Shown one piece after another: positions 38,034 to 47,825 of a stretch of 64,000 bases of DNA. The notes beneath the pieces are model-generated. The model was not told where the DNA came from and made no database searches. It saw only the letters and a list, made by a program, of their open reading frames with translations. The stretch is from the IMG/VR virus record IMGVR_UViG_3300025174_000005; one strand, given 5' to 3'. This stretch comes from a virus. The translations under genes and the position numbers were made by a program. Position 1 is the first letter of the stretch. Each line of letters opens with the position of its first letter.

Positions 38034-41000
38034 CTACCTAAGTAACATATGTCCATCTTTGCGGATGAACTCACGTATTTGATCTTCTCGTTCGTGCTTA
38101 ACTCTCATATCTATTTGTATATCTGGATTTTCACTGGGTGTATCTTCTACGGTAATAAATAGATTTTCTAAACCCTGCCCTCCAAGTATGTGATGTAAGT
38201 AATCTTTTAAATGTCCGCCGTCTCTAGGAACAAAGGGTTGTATATCAAGTACGCCTTGTCGCTCTGCTGCTTCTACACGAGGACCATAATATCCCATCTC
38301 TGCCATATCTAATCCTTCATTCTTCATAACCTTTATCTTATAGTCTTCTAGATTAGCATCAGGACTCCAACCATGCCAGTCTGGGGGAGGTAGAAAATGA
38401 TTTTTGAAGTACTCTTCTAAATCTGGGCGATCCTCTATGGGCATCCTCCACTTAGCCTCAAGTACTCGTCGCATATTGTGAGGTACTAAGTTGAGTATTT
38501 CTGACCGTTCCTTGGGAGGAGCTTTCATGAATTCAACCATGAACTCTCGTTCACGAGAAGGAATAGCTCTAAATATATCCAGCATTGCGCCATGAGGATC
38601 TACACCATATAGAGTTGTCTTAGCTAGATCTCTATACTGTATCGCTCTAGCTATCTCTTCTGTTAGAGGTATAACTTGTGTTTCTTTACTAAGATCGCCT
38701 AAGCGTTTAGTGTATTTACGTGATATGTGTTCTCTCAAGTGCTTATCTTTACTGGCTATACGCTTGCGGATTTTCCGCAACTGTTTAATATGATGTTTAT
38801 CTTCTTTAGTTTTTTCTGACTTAGCTGTTAGTTGTTGAAGTTCTCGTTCTGTTTTAAGAAGCTCTAATAGATGAGAACCATGGAGTCCACGCCTAAGAAA
38901 ATGTCGTTTATGAGAGGTTAGTCTACGTTGCTCATTCTTACGAGCTTCACCCTGTCCTTCTAATAAGTTAAGTAATCTATCTACATCTATTCCTGTGGTA
39001 TCTTTAATATTACTTATGGCAGCTCCATATAATCTCTGATATTTCATATATCTAAGTATATCAAAGTATTCTTCCGTATCTCTTCTATGTTGTAGTTTAC
39101 CAGGTATGGCGTGAGTAGCCTTAAGATATAAGCTATACGATAACCCAGCTATACCTCCGATAGCACCTAATACACCCTTAGACCTACCCATGCGTACATA
39201 CCACCGCTCTAATGTAGAGAGCGTTCTTTGCTCCAAGTACTTGGCAGCAACGGGACCTGTACGTCCTAAGAATAAACCCAAAGTAGCTCCGCCTATTAAT
39301 CCATGTATAGGACTTTCTGCTGCCCAGCCTTGTATTGCTTGACCTATAATACCTAATGGATTTGTCCAGTTATAGAAGTTAGCACCATATACCATTCGTC
39401 TTCTATAGTATTCTAGCGCTGAATCTGTCTGTAGAAATTTTTGCTTAATTGTACCCACAATTGGTATGGGTATGGTCATATGCGAAAACCACTCAAGTGA
39501 TTTACCTAGACCTATTTCCATTCCACTAAATCTGGCTTGTATGCCTGTTGGTGAGTAGTCGGTTACCTTCTCCTTAGCTACTCCTGCATCCAATAGGGCT
39601 TGCTGTAATTTTCTACCTTGCTCGTCAAATACAACAGCATGCATAGTTTGTAGTGTATCGTCTGCTACTTGAATAAGCGGATCTTTATTAAGTATTACTT
39701 TTATCTTACCGCCTATTGGAGCAAACTGTTGAGTAATCTCTAACGCCTGTAATCCTTCCTTGTCCTTACCTATAGCCGCACGTATTCCCGCTAATCTAAT
39801 GGGATTAGCTAATTCTTCTGTAAGTATTGTTTGTGAATCTATAATCGATTTAACAGTTAATGTATGTTCTTCAACATCACCAGCATACCTAAATCTATAT
39901 GGTGCAAAATTATAACGCTTCTTACGTTTTGCAACTTCTTTACGTATAGCAGCTATCCTAGTTCTTGCATTCTCTATGTTTATTCTATCTTGTCCTTGTA
40001 ATCCTGTTGGTTCTAATACATGCGTAGCATAATCTAAATATGACTTAAATGTTTTAGAATATGGAGCAACATCAGCTAATATCTCTAACCTATCCATAAG
40101 AGGATATTGTTCCATTGATATATCTTGAGGCAATCCATGGATAGAAGCATATCCTGGTCCAGGTAACCTAGCCTCACCCCTTGGCAGGGCTGAATAAGGA
40201 TCCGCTCGATGGAAGTTGATAAAGTAATCTGGCTCAATACTACCAGTTCCAGGTAGCCAGCTTGGTTGTGTATTTAGTAGTGGATTAATTTCCTTGGCAC
40301 GTTCTTCATATCCTCGCCTACTAAGTGCTCGTCTAAATATTTCAGAAAGCTCTCCCATTACAGGTAAATCAGGAGAGAAACCACCTATGTTTAGATCTCG
40401 ATAAAGATAACGCTCTAATGAAGTGTATTCTGGTTGAGCCAATCTATATTGCTCTAATGTCTTATTGCCAACTAAGGTCTTACCTATGTATCCACGAAGA
40501 CCAAATATATCCGCTATAGACTCCTGTTCTCTAGCAAACTGTACACCTATCCCTGCGGGATGAATTAGTTGATCTATAATATCTGGTGTTAATTGATTAA
40601 TATCTGTGACTTCAGATAGGGGTCTTAGGTTCTCAAGTACTCCCTCATCTAATACCCTACCTGAACGTGTGCCTTCATTAGCTTGCGCTAGAGCATCTAA
40701 AACACGTTCTCTGGATACATATCTAGGAGTAGTTCCTTGTTGTTCGGGTATGGGTGCCACTGCTCTTGCACCAGCTTGACGTATATTTAGATTGATGTCA
40801 GCTAATTGATCTGTGACGTGTCCGCTTGTTGTAGGTATGGGTTTTGTTGGACCTGCTCCCGTAGGTGTTGGTTGTAATTGTGTAACTTGTACCTGACCAC
40901 CAGGGGTTACATACCCATATAAGTCCTCATCCCTAACCTTACGAGTAGTTTCGTTTTGTTCCGCAAGGGTATTAAAATACTCCTTAAGTTCATTAACATG

Positions 41001-42611
41001 CATAGGACGTACGGGTTTAATAAGTTGTCCTATGGTAGCATTAACTATTGGTCCATAGAAAGCTGTTGATTCTACTAATGGAGCAGTAAGAGGTGTGGGT
41101 CTAGATTCATAAAACTTCTTTTCCCAGTGATAAGGATCTAGATAATGAGGTAGTGGTATTCCTAAATTTTCTAATGTTGGTAGACTGGCATATTTATAAT
41201 ATTCACTAGGAGGGAAGAAAGCCTCTCTTGGATGTTCATGAGCTCTACGTACCCATGGAGATTGATATGATTCTATTCTCCCACCTCTGAAGAGCTCAGG
41301 CGACATAGCTGCCCACCATCTACCCTTACGTACAGGTTCCCTACCTTTCTCGTAATACTCTTCTAGTTCATCCCTGCTTAAGCCTACGGGTTGATCTACA
41401 AATGGATGTGCTACAAGAGATGTTAATTCTGGAGCAATAGAATGTAAGCGTTTAACAAAGGGGGTTATTCCTGTAATGTCCTTGAGCCATGCTAATCCTA
41501 AATTAGCATGCTTATATCCTTCTGCTAATACATCATATGGAGACGTACCAAATACATCTCTAGATTTAGTGTTTAAATAGTTTAGATAAAATGCTCCTAG
41601 AGCTAGAGGAGCAACGCGGCCAAATACTACATTAAGTACAAAGTCAGCAGGCGAAGACATTGCTCCTTCGCCTAAAGCTAGGTACTTACCAAACGGAAGG
41701 GCTTGGCGTACTTGTTCATTTAGCTTTATGGCCGTACGCATAAAGCCTAAGGATATATCACTAACTTCCCCTGGGTATGCTCTAGCTTTCCATAGCTCTT
41801 TACCTAATCCTCTTACATCTTCCCAGATGGACTGTTGACCAGTGAAGCGTTCACGTATAGTTGACCATTGATTAATCTTAGAACGTTCAAAATAATCCGT
41901 CCCATGTATTAGATTCTTCCAGAATCCATGTTGTTTAACTTGTTGTTGGAAAGTAAAATCAGATAATTCAGGTACAGCCTGACTAAATAGAACACTAAAT
42001 TCTTTAGAATAGGTGCCAGTAAATTGTTCCTCAGTAGATGTTGCACCTACGAAACCACCACGAGTTAGTTTAAAGCCCTTACCAAGAACCTCTTTGCTAC
42101 GAGTACCATATATAGCACCCCTAATATAGATAAGTTCTTCGTCTACATTTTTACTTAAGAAGCGGAGAGAAGGATGTCTTACTGCCTTACTAAGATTAAC
42201 TACAAAGGGAGTTTGTGCTTCCTGTACTGCATGACGCAAGCCAACCATACCAGATAGGATATGTCCTGGCCATGTTTCCTCTAGAACAGTTGTAGCTTTT
42301 TGAATAAATGGATGTTTGAGTGCTTGATATCTTAGAGATTCAAGAAGACTCAGTGGACGCTCAGATGCTTCTTGTATACCGCGTCTGATAGCCTCGGTAG
42401 CAGCCCTAGTTGAAGGACCATATCGTAGTTTGCCACCTTGCTCCAAGATCTCAGTAGTAAATTGCTTAGTTACTGCAGCTGATCTTCCCCGCAACAATAA
42501 AGCAGCTCCTCCTGCTAGGAGGAGCCCACCCATACTCCATTTAAGAAGAGCGCTTCTGCGCTCTTCTGCATCTGGGTCTCGATAGACCCCATATTCTTTA
42601 AACATGGTCAT
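38034..42611 (-). CDS. Tape-measure/ejection-like protein with a degenerate thermonuclease (SNase OB-fold)-like domain
   Basis: Follows the chaperones; several hydrophobic Gly-rich helices; VKSIIDSQTI...IRLAGIRA...LQQALLDAGVA at ~39560-39870. Confidence 0.65.
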   Translation of the reverse strand: MTMFKEYGVYRDPDAEERRSALLKWSMGGLLLAGGAALLLRGRSAAVTKQFTTEILEQGGKLRYGPSTRAATEAIRRGIQEASERPLSLLESLRYQALKHPFIQKATTVLEETWPGHILSGMVGLRHAVQEAQTPFVVNLSKAVRHPSLRFLSKNVDEELIYIRGAIYGTRSKEVLGKGFKLTRGGFVGATSTEEQFTGTYSKEFSVLFSQAVPELSDFTFQQQVKQHGFWKNLIHGTDYFERSKINQWSTIRERFTGQQSIWEDVRGLGKELWKARAYPGEVSDISLGFMRTAIKLNEQVRQALPFGKYLALGEGAMSSPADFVLNVVFGRVAPLALGAFYLNYLNTKSRDVFGTSPYDVLAEGYKHANLGLAWLKDITGITPFVKRLHSIAPELTSLVAHPFVDQPVGLSRDELEEYYEKGREPVRKGRWWAAMSPELFRGGRIESYQSPWVRRAHEHPREAFFPPSEYYKYASLPTLENLGIPLPHYLDPYHWEKKFYESRPTPLTAPLVESTAFYGPIVNATIGQLIKPVRPMHVNELKEYFNTLAEQNETTRKVRDEDLYGYVTPGGQVQVTQLQPTPTGAGPTKPIPTTSGHVTDQLADINLNIRQAGARAVAPIPEQQGTTPRYVSRERVLDALAQANEGTRSGRVLDEGVLENLRPLSEVTDINQLTPDIIDQLIHPAGIGVQFAREQESIADIFGLRGYIGKTLVGNKTLEQYRLAQPEYTSLERYLYRDLNIGGFSPDLPVMGELSEIFRRALSRRGYEERAKEINPLLNTQPSWLPGTGSIEPDYFINFHRADPYSALPRGEARLPGPGYASIHGLPQDISMEQYPLMDRLEILADVAPYSKTFKSYLDYATHVLEPTGLQGQDRINIENARTRIAAIRKEVAKRKKRYNFAPYRFRYAGDVEEHTLTVKSIIDSQTILTEELANPIRLAGIRAAIGKDKEGLQALEITQQFAPIGGKIKVILNKDPLIQVADDTLQTMHAVVFDEQGRKLQQALLDAGVAKEKVTDYSPTGIQARFSGMEIGLGKSLEWFSHMTIPIPIVGTIKQKFLQTDSALEYYRRRMVYGANFYNWTNPLGIIGQAIQGWAAESPIHGLIGGATLGLFLGRTGPVAAKYLEQRTLSTLERWYVRMGRSKGVLGAIGGIAGLSYSLYLKATHAIPGKLQHRRDTEEYFDILRYMKYQRLYGAAISNIKDTTGIDVDRLLNLLEGQGEARKNEQRRLTSHKRHFLRRGLHGSHLLELLKTERELQQLTAKSEKTKEDKHHIKQLRKIRKRIASKDKHLREHISRKYTKRLGDLSKETQVIPLTEEIARAIQYRDLAKTTLYGVDPHGAMLDIFRAIPSREREFMVEFMKAPPKERSEILNLVPHNMRRVLEAKWRMPIEDRPDLEEYFKNHFLPPPDWHGWSPDANLEDYKIKVMKNEGLDMAEMGYYGPRVEAAERQGVLDIQPFVPRDGGHLKDYLHHILGGQGLENLFITVEDTPSENPDIQIDMRVKHEREDQIREFIRKDGHMLLR

Positions 42612-43213
42612 GGCCCTATGTTGTTAGCTCCAAACATCTTTTGGATGATTGCTTCGCGTTCCTGATCTCTACTGCGAGGTGATGGATTATTGACTTCAGA
42701 TCTGATTCGTCTACGATATATATCTTCAGCTGTTGGAGGGGGTTTGAGTTGTACTGGATTGAGCACTAGGTTCTCATGCATCCACTCTGCACGGCTATAA
42801 TGATATAATAGCTCTTGCATAGACATCTTTTTTATTTCCCACAATGGCATTACAAAGTATCTAGCAACTATAGCTTCTATCTTATCTTGAAATGAACCGT
42901 TAGCTTCTAGCTCATCTCTATAGGCACAAAGCAAACTAGTTGCTTTAGGTCCCCATCCTGATGCTGTAAGTATTGCTTCTGATAACCCTGAAGCAACTCC
43001 CATAGGAAGCTCTAGTAAATCTATATCTTTTGGGTATAAAATACATAACTTACATAGTAACTCTTCTCGTTCACACTCATTAGTAAATCCCATAAGAGCT
43101 TGTTGCTCAAATAGCTTAAGAGATCTAAAAATAAAATTCCATTGTAGAATTTTAACTTGGTAGATCCCTCTATATTCAAGTTTCCAATTAAGGATCTGTT
43201 CGGGAGTAATCAT
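42608..43213 (-). CDS. Tail assembly chaperone paralog 2 (extended, GT-like)
   Basis: N-half resembles the 133-aa neighbour (WK..Y..IY...FIFRSL...E...C.L.P); C-terminal extension; located just before the tape-measure-like genes. Confidence 0.65.
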   Translation of the reverse strand: MITPEQILNWKLEYRGIYQVKILQWNFIFRSLKLFEQQALMGFTNECEREELLCKLCILYPKDIDLLELPMGVASGLSEAILTASGWGPKATSLLCAYRDELEANGSFQDKIEAIVARYFVMPLWEIKKMSMQELLYHYSRAEWMHENLVLNPVQLKPPPTAEDIYRRRIRSEVNNPSPRSRDQEREAIIQKMFGANNIGP

Positions 43214-43235
43214 TACATATTATTTTAATTAAGTA

Positions 43236-43637
43236 TTAAAGTGGGATTGGGGGTGGCGCATTAAAACCTGAGACCTCTAGTAATTGTTTAACTATCGTAC
43301 CAGGTATACCTGCTTTTTTACCAATTAGATCTGTTTGAGTAATAGCTGGCCATAAAATCACTTTTGAAGTCAATATCTCTTCAAATAATAATTCATCTGT
43401 CCCAGAATTCTCACTAAACAATCTCTTATATTCAGCTCGGTTAATACCACGCCAGATTATAACCTCATCCATAAAATCCGTAGCATAGATATTAGTATGT
43501 ACTTGTTTCCAATAATCTCTCTGAGCAATAGTTGGACCTCCTGGAAACAAAACCTCCTGTCCAGCTTCATTGTAATACTTCTTAGGTTCTGGAACAACTT
43601 GAGGAACCTGCTCTATTACAGTAGTATCTTCTGACAT
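43236..43637 (-). CDS. Tail assembly chaperone paralog 1
   Basis: 'WKQVH.NIY...IIWRGINRAEYK...KAGIPGTI..Q.LEVSGF'; strong AAAGGAG SD and its own promoter. Confidence 0.7.
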   Translation of the reverse strand: MSEDTTVIEQVPQVVPEPKKYYNEAGQEVLFPGGPTIAQRDYWKQVHTNIYATDFMDEVIIWRGINRAEYKRLFSENSGTDELLFEEILTSKVILWPAITQTDLIGKKAGIPGTIVKQLLEVSGFNAPPPIPL

Positions 43638-43687
43638 ATGATTCTCCTTTTAAAACAAATAAGATTCTAATAGGCTTTGCCTATCTT

Positions 43688-43717
43688 ATTATAGCATTAC
43701 TAAAGAATATTATGCAA
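43688..43717 (-). promoter_or_regulatory. sigma70/sigmaA-type promoter
   Basis: TTGCAT, 18-nt spacer, TATAAT with extended TG; short ATAGGC-AAA-GCCTAT hairpin at the 5' end of the predicted transcript. Confidence 0.65.
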
Positions 43718-43725
43718 ATATATAG

Positions 43726-44520
43726 TTATGGTTCGGGGAAGGAAATATTATTCTGTCGCTTACGCTCATCAGGTATACGAGCTCGCAGATTAATATCTTT
43801 AGCAAGAAAAGTAAATTGTTCCATAATAGGTTGTCCTGTTATGTCAGTAACTTGCTGTACTGACATAGGATAGATATAGTCTATTGATCTAACATCGGCA
43901 AATCTGTTATTGATATCATTATGTAGATTACTAGTATCTTCCCTATATCCATATGTAATAAAAATATGTAGTGGTGGAAATTGTATGGATTTGGGATCGT
44001 CTTCTTGAATATCTTGGAAGTAGGGTGTTTGTCTTGCAAATTGTTGTAAGTTAGTAGTTGAACCTTGAGATACCGACCAATATCTTCCGCGTTGTCTATC
44101 TAAGAAGTCTTGGAAGTCTACATCTACTGGTCCATCAAAAGCACTACTAGCACTAGTGTTTAAATCATATATGTTGGTGGATTCATTTGCTATGCTGGTT
44201 AAATCATTACCTAGATCATTAATATAACTAGATGGTTCTGGGAAGCTCTTACCGTAGTTATAAAGATATTCATGTAAGTATAGTGCTCCTCTTAAATTGA
44301 TGTGAAACGTACCACGCACCAATCTAGTACCGCGTATGATTCTATTCGCTATATAATCCGCATGTCCATAGATTGGTTGTAGCTGTTCTTCTAGTGAAAA
44401 TTGTAAGTTAACCACATCACTTACCCATTGATCGTTAAGGAAGATAGCTACATCCGCACCTGAGAAATACTGAGCGGGATATGCTCTACTTATGGGTATG
44501 GGATTATATTCGATAGCCAT
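43726..44520 (-). CDS. Tail tube paralog 3 (tube initiator-like)
   Basis: YFSGADV, 'QFSLEEQLQPIYG...I.RGTRLVRGTF.IN', 'EQFTFLAKD'. Confidence 0.7.
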   Translation of the reverse strand: MAIEYNPIPISRAYPAQYFSGADVAIFLNDQWVSDVVNLQFSLEEQLQPIYGHADYIANRIIRGTRLVRGTFHINLRGALYLHEYLYNYGKSFPEPSSYINDLGNDLTSIANESTNIYDLNTSASSAFDGPVDVDFQDFLDRQRGRYWSVSQGSTTNLQQFARQTPYFQDIQEDDPKSIQFPPLHIFITYGYREDTSNLHNDINNRFADVRSIDYIYPMSVQQVTDITGQPIMEQFTFLAKDINLRARIPDERKRQNNISFPEP

Positions 44521-45203
44521 TAGGCTATACCACCCGTGCTAGGTATATCGACTGTTTTATCTGTAAATATAGTATTGCCTGGATTAATATATATGGGTAT
44601 AAGTGGTTTATATGCAAGTGCCTGGTAGGTCATAGTTTGCTCTGTCATTAAATCATCTATGGATATTGTCATGCCATCATCTACTATTGTAATACCCTTA
44701 ATCGTAGCCGTACACATCTGCCCGTATTCATTAGCTACTGTCATGGTAATATCAAATGGGGGTAGTGAATCTGCCATAAGATAATTAGGTGGTGTAATTA
44801 CACTTTTAGGATAATAAACCGACTTTGTATTCCACATATTAAGTAATTCTTGACGAATATCATGCAGAGCATATTTATCAAATACGGCAAAAATTAACGT
44901 GCCTGCGTAGGTGCGATGCCCACTAGTAAATCCCTTTGGACTTCTAAAGCCTAATGCGCGAACAGGTATCTTATCTGTATGTGTAGAAATAGATAGTGTT
45001 TGTAGATTACCTATGATATAGGTCTTTCCACTAGCCTTACCAGCAGGAATACCTTTAATTTCTAATTCCTGACTACGTAGAGGAATAGTAATAGATGCCA
45101 CCATATCAACACCAGCAAAAGACGAGTAATTGCCAATAGCCTTATACATAGCATCTTTACTGTTATAGAATCTGGTTTGTTGGCTAAGAGAACCACTTGC
45201 CAT
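44520..45203 (-). CDS. Tail tube paralog 2
   Basis: YSSFAGVD, 'LQTLSIS...K.PV...G...PKGFT.G.R..AGTLIF.VFD', LPPFDIT, NEYG, ISIDDL. Confidence 0.75.
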   Translation of the reverse strand: MASGSLSQQTRFYNSKDAMYKAIGNYSSFAGVDMVASITIPLRSQELEIKGIPAGKASGKTYIIGNLQTLSISTHTDKIPVRALGFRSPKGFTSGHRTYAGTLIFAVFDKYALHDIRQELLNMWNTKSVYYPKSVITPPNYLMADSLPPFDITMTVANEYGQMCTATIKGITIVDDGMTISIDDLMTEQTMTYQALAYKPLIPIYINPGNTIFTDKTVDIPSTGGIA

Positions 45204-45228
45204 ATAAGCTCCTTAGGGGAATAGTTAC

Positions 45229-45289
45229 TTAGCTAGGCTTAGCTAATAAGTTCTTAGGTGTGCACTATACTACTTATCTAAGTAGTATA
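45229..45289. other. Two additional intergenic hairpins
   Basis: TATACTACTTA-TC-TAAGTAGTATA (45266-45289) and TTAGCTA-GGCT-TAGCTAA (45229-45246). Confidence 0.7.
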
Positions 45290-45292
45290 ATA

Positions 45293-45321
45293 GAAGGAGC
45301 GGGATAATATCCCGCTCCTTC
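45293..45321 (-). terminator. Intrinsic terminator-like hairpin after the major tube gene
   Basis: Perfect 13-bp stem GAAGGAGCGGGAT / ATCCCGCTCCTTC with a 3-nt loop; weak U-tract. Confidence 0.75.
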
Positions 45322-45341
45322 CCTGTAATTTATATTACCTA

Positions 45342-46130
45342 TTATCCGAGGCTATTATTACTGAACTGAGATGACTGAGGTGAAGTTAAGGGAAGTCTTG
45401 AATGGGTTAGGTTATTGAGCATATCAATACCGCTAGGTTGTTTAGCACCATGGACTTCGATAAGATTACCAACCCTACCCTTACCAGCTGTTTTAAACCC
45501 AGGTCTCATTCGATCAATACCACGAGCAACATATGTGTATGCTTGATTGATTTGAAGATCGTCGATAGATATACCTGTGCCATTATTTAAGATTTCCATC
45601 TTATATATTGTCATATAAGAAGCCGCACCATATTCATTAGCAAAAGTAATGGTAATATCAAGCGGAGGTAATTGGTCGGCGTAGTTATACTCTAGTTGAA
45701 CAAATGGATTTCCAACAAAATCCTTCTGAGCATTAGCTGCTTGCTGGTTAACACGAGTATAATCATCTATACTATATATTCTATTAAACTCAGGAACATT
45801 GTTGCGTAGTGAGGTATATGCAGCTATATTACCAGCTGCTGTAAATCCAGGTACAAGATCTTTATCTATAGCACCAAGTACCTCACTCATTAATGCATCC
45901 CTATCAAATGTAACAAATACTAATGTTCCAGCTATTCCACGCTTACCTCTTGTGAAGGAAACTGGATCTGGTGAACCCATAACGAATACTGGTCCCTTTT
46001 CACGGTTAGTAGAAACCGTTACGCTTTGTAAATTAGCTATAACCACACCATTAAACGAAGCTACTGCATCAGCACCCGAATATGATGTATAGGTACCAGT
46101 AGCCGCATCTTGTAACGCAATGTTTGCCAT
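45342..46130 (-). CDS. Major tail tube protein
   Basis: Directly after the sheath; YSGADAVA...LQSVTVS..REK.PV..MGSPDP.SFTRGKRGIAGTLVF; followed by a terminator. Confidence 0.8.
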   Translation of the reverse strand: MANIALQDAATGTYTSYSGADAVASFNGVVIANLQSVTVSTNREKGPVFVMGSPDPVSFTRGKRGIAGTLVFVTFDRDALMSEVLGAIDKDLVPGFTAAGNIAAYTSLRNNVPEFNRIYSIDDYTRVNQQAANAQKDFVGNPFVQLEYNYADQLPPLDITITFANEYGAASYMTIYKMEILNNGTGISIDDLQINQAYTYVARGIDRMRPGFKTAGKGRVGNLIEVHGAKQPSGIDMLNNLTHSRLPLTSPQSSQFSNNSLG

Positions 46131-46145
46131 TGACTACTCCTCCTC

Positions 46146-47789
46146 TTACGATTGTCTAACGATTACTGGTCTTAAGGATACTCTTGCGCGTATTTTCTTA
46201 AGTTCAAGCGCTGGTACTAAGATAAGGTCGATAAAACATTGTCCTAGAATCTTATCATTAATGGATTGTATGATTTCAAACTCGAAATCCTCTAATACAC
46301 CAGCGTCTTTCAGGGAGTTTAAAACCCCTTCTATATTTGTTGCCATTGCATTCTTTTGTATATTATTAAATACTTCGCCAATAAATGGTTCGCATACACG
46401 CCTTACCATACCAACTGTAACTTGTGTAATACGTAGAGTAGAAGCATTATGGTAGTCGGAAGTAAAACCTACACCTGTAGGATCCCACAGTCCATATGTT
46501 ACGCCATCTACAACAGAAGGATTACCTGACGTACTCTGGAATGTAACTATACGAGCTGTTGCTATCTTATTGGCATTATGTGCTCCATAGTGAAAGTGTA
46601 ATCCACGAGAGTTCCGAATAGGTTTTCGTGTGGAACCACTACTTAGCAACATACTAGCAAGTAATCCTGCATATGCAGCTTCTGATGTAGATAGTGTTTC
46701 TCCAAAATTACGCAGTCTGTATGATTGTCTTCCTTCAAGTAAGCTTATGTAGAACCCCATATGAAATGTATTGCCTGATTCTGGATCTAGAAGTTCAGAT
46801 GGAGTTGGAGTAGCTGTTGTAGTATAATCATCCGTAGCATCCATATTAAAATCTAATGTTGATAGTAAATCTGCTCTATCTGTGATACGTTGAAGAGTAG
46901 GGTTCTCTAGCGGGTCCATAGATAGTGCACCCATTAATTCATTGTTTCGTCCACTAGCTCTGAAGCAGAAGAGAGCAAGATTCCTTGCGTTTCTAAGATC
47001 GTCACCATTAGCACTTGGACCTACATATGCACCAAGAGGCACTACGTAATCAACATCTGCAAAGTCTTCTAAGTTCTTATAGGCTTGAACTAAAGCATCT
47101 CTGTAATCTACATCTGTAACATCTAATTGGTTAGAACCACCTGATAGTACTGTTGATGCCATAATATCTAATGGGGCAGAAATAATGGTTTCGCCAGGGT
47201 TAGTAGCGATTAAACGTGCTTTGGCTAAAAATGCTTTTCTGTCTACAGCGTCTGTAAGATCTGACCAGTAAACATAATCAGATAAAGTAAACGTTTGTGT
47301 ATTGGCAGCATCTAACACGAAGGTTAATACGCCACCAACTACTAATTTCTTAAACGGTGTAATCTTTAATTGTGTAGCAGTTACCTCTACTTCTATTGTA
47401 TTGTATCTTTCACCAGGATATACTGATTGAGCAAGTAATGGTGTTGGATTACCAATAGTAGATGAAGCAAGTGTAAGTTCAGCGAATGTTCCTGTAGCAC
47501 GCATAAGCCAAATATCCGTACAACCAGCCATATAGGTTTCATTCATATGGAGTGTAAGGGCTTTTGATTTTTCGCGCTTGGTCATTGTAGTTCTTGGTAA
47601 ACCAAAAACCTGGTCTCCAAACTCTAAGCTAGTTAATCTAACTGGAGTAAGTAACGGTCCATCCTCTGATGTTCCAATTAATACAACAGCCTGTGTTAGT
47701 GTTGAAGGCGGTGGAATTAATTTAAGACCACCGTCATTTACTTCGGCAACAAACCCTGGTAGGTTTGGAAAGATATCTGGGTTAGCCAT
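46146..47789 (-). CDS. Tail sheath protein
   Basis: 'VVLIGTSEDGP...PV...FG' N-terminus; C-terminal 'TLRITQ.TV..VRRVCEPFIG....L.DFEF...IDL.LVPALELKKI'. Confidence 0.85.
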   Translation of the reverse strand: MANPDIFPNLPGFVAEVNDGGLKLIPPPSTLTQAVVLIGTSEDGPLLTPVRLTSLEFGDQVFGLPRTTMTKREKSKALTLHMNETYMAGCTDIWLMRATGTFAELTLASSTIGNPTPLLAQSVYPGERYNTIEVEVTATQLKITPFKKLVVGGVLTFVLDAANTQTFTLSDYVYWSDLTDAVDRKAFLAKARLIATNPGETIISAPLDIMASTVLSGGSNQLDVTDVDYRDALVQAYKNLEDFADVDYVVPLGAYVGPSANGDDLRNARNLALFCFRASGRNNELMGALSMDPLENPTLQRITDRADLLSTLDFNMDATDDYTTTATPTPSELLDPESGNTFHMGFYISLLEGRQSYRLRNFGETLSTSEAAYAGLLASMLLSSGSTRKPIRNSRGLHFHYGAHNANKIATARIVTFQSTSGNPSVVDGVTYGLWDPTGVGFTSDYHNASTLRITQVTVGMVRRVCEPFIGEVFNNIQKNAMATNIEGVLNSLKDAGVLEDFEFEIIQSINDKILGQCFIDLILVPALELKKIRARVSLRPVIVRQS

Positions 47790-47825
47790 TTACCGACTTC
47801 CTCCTTCTTATTATTTCTTATTAAC

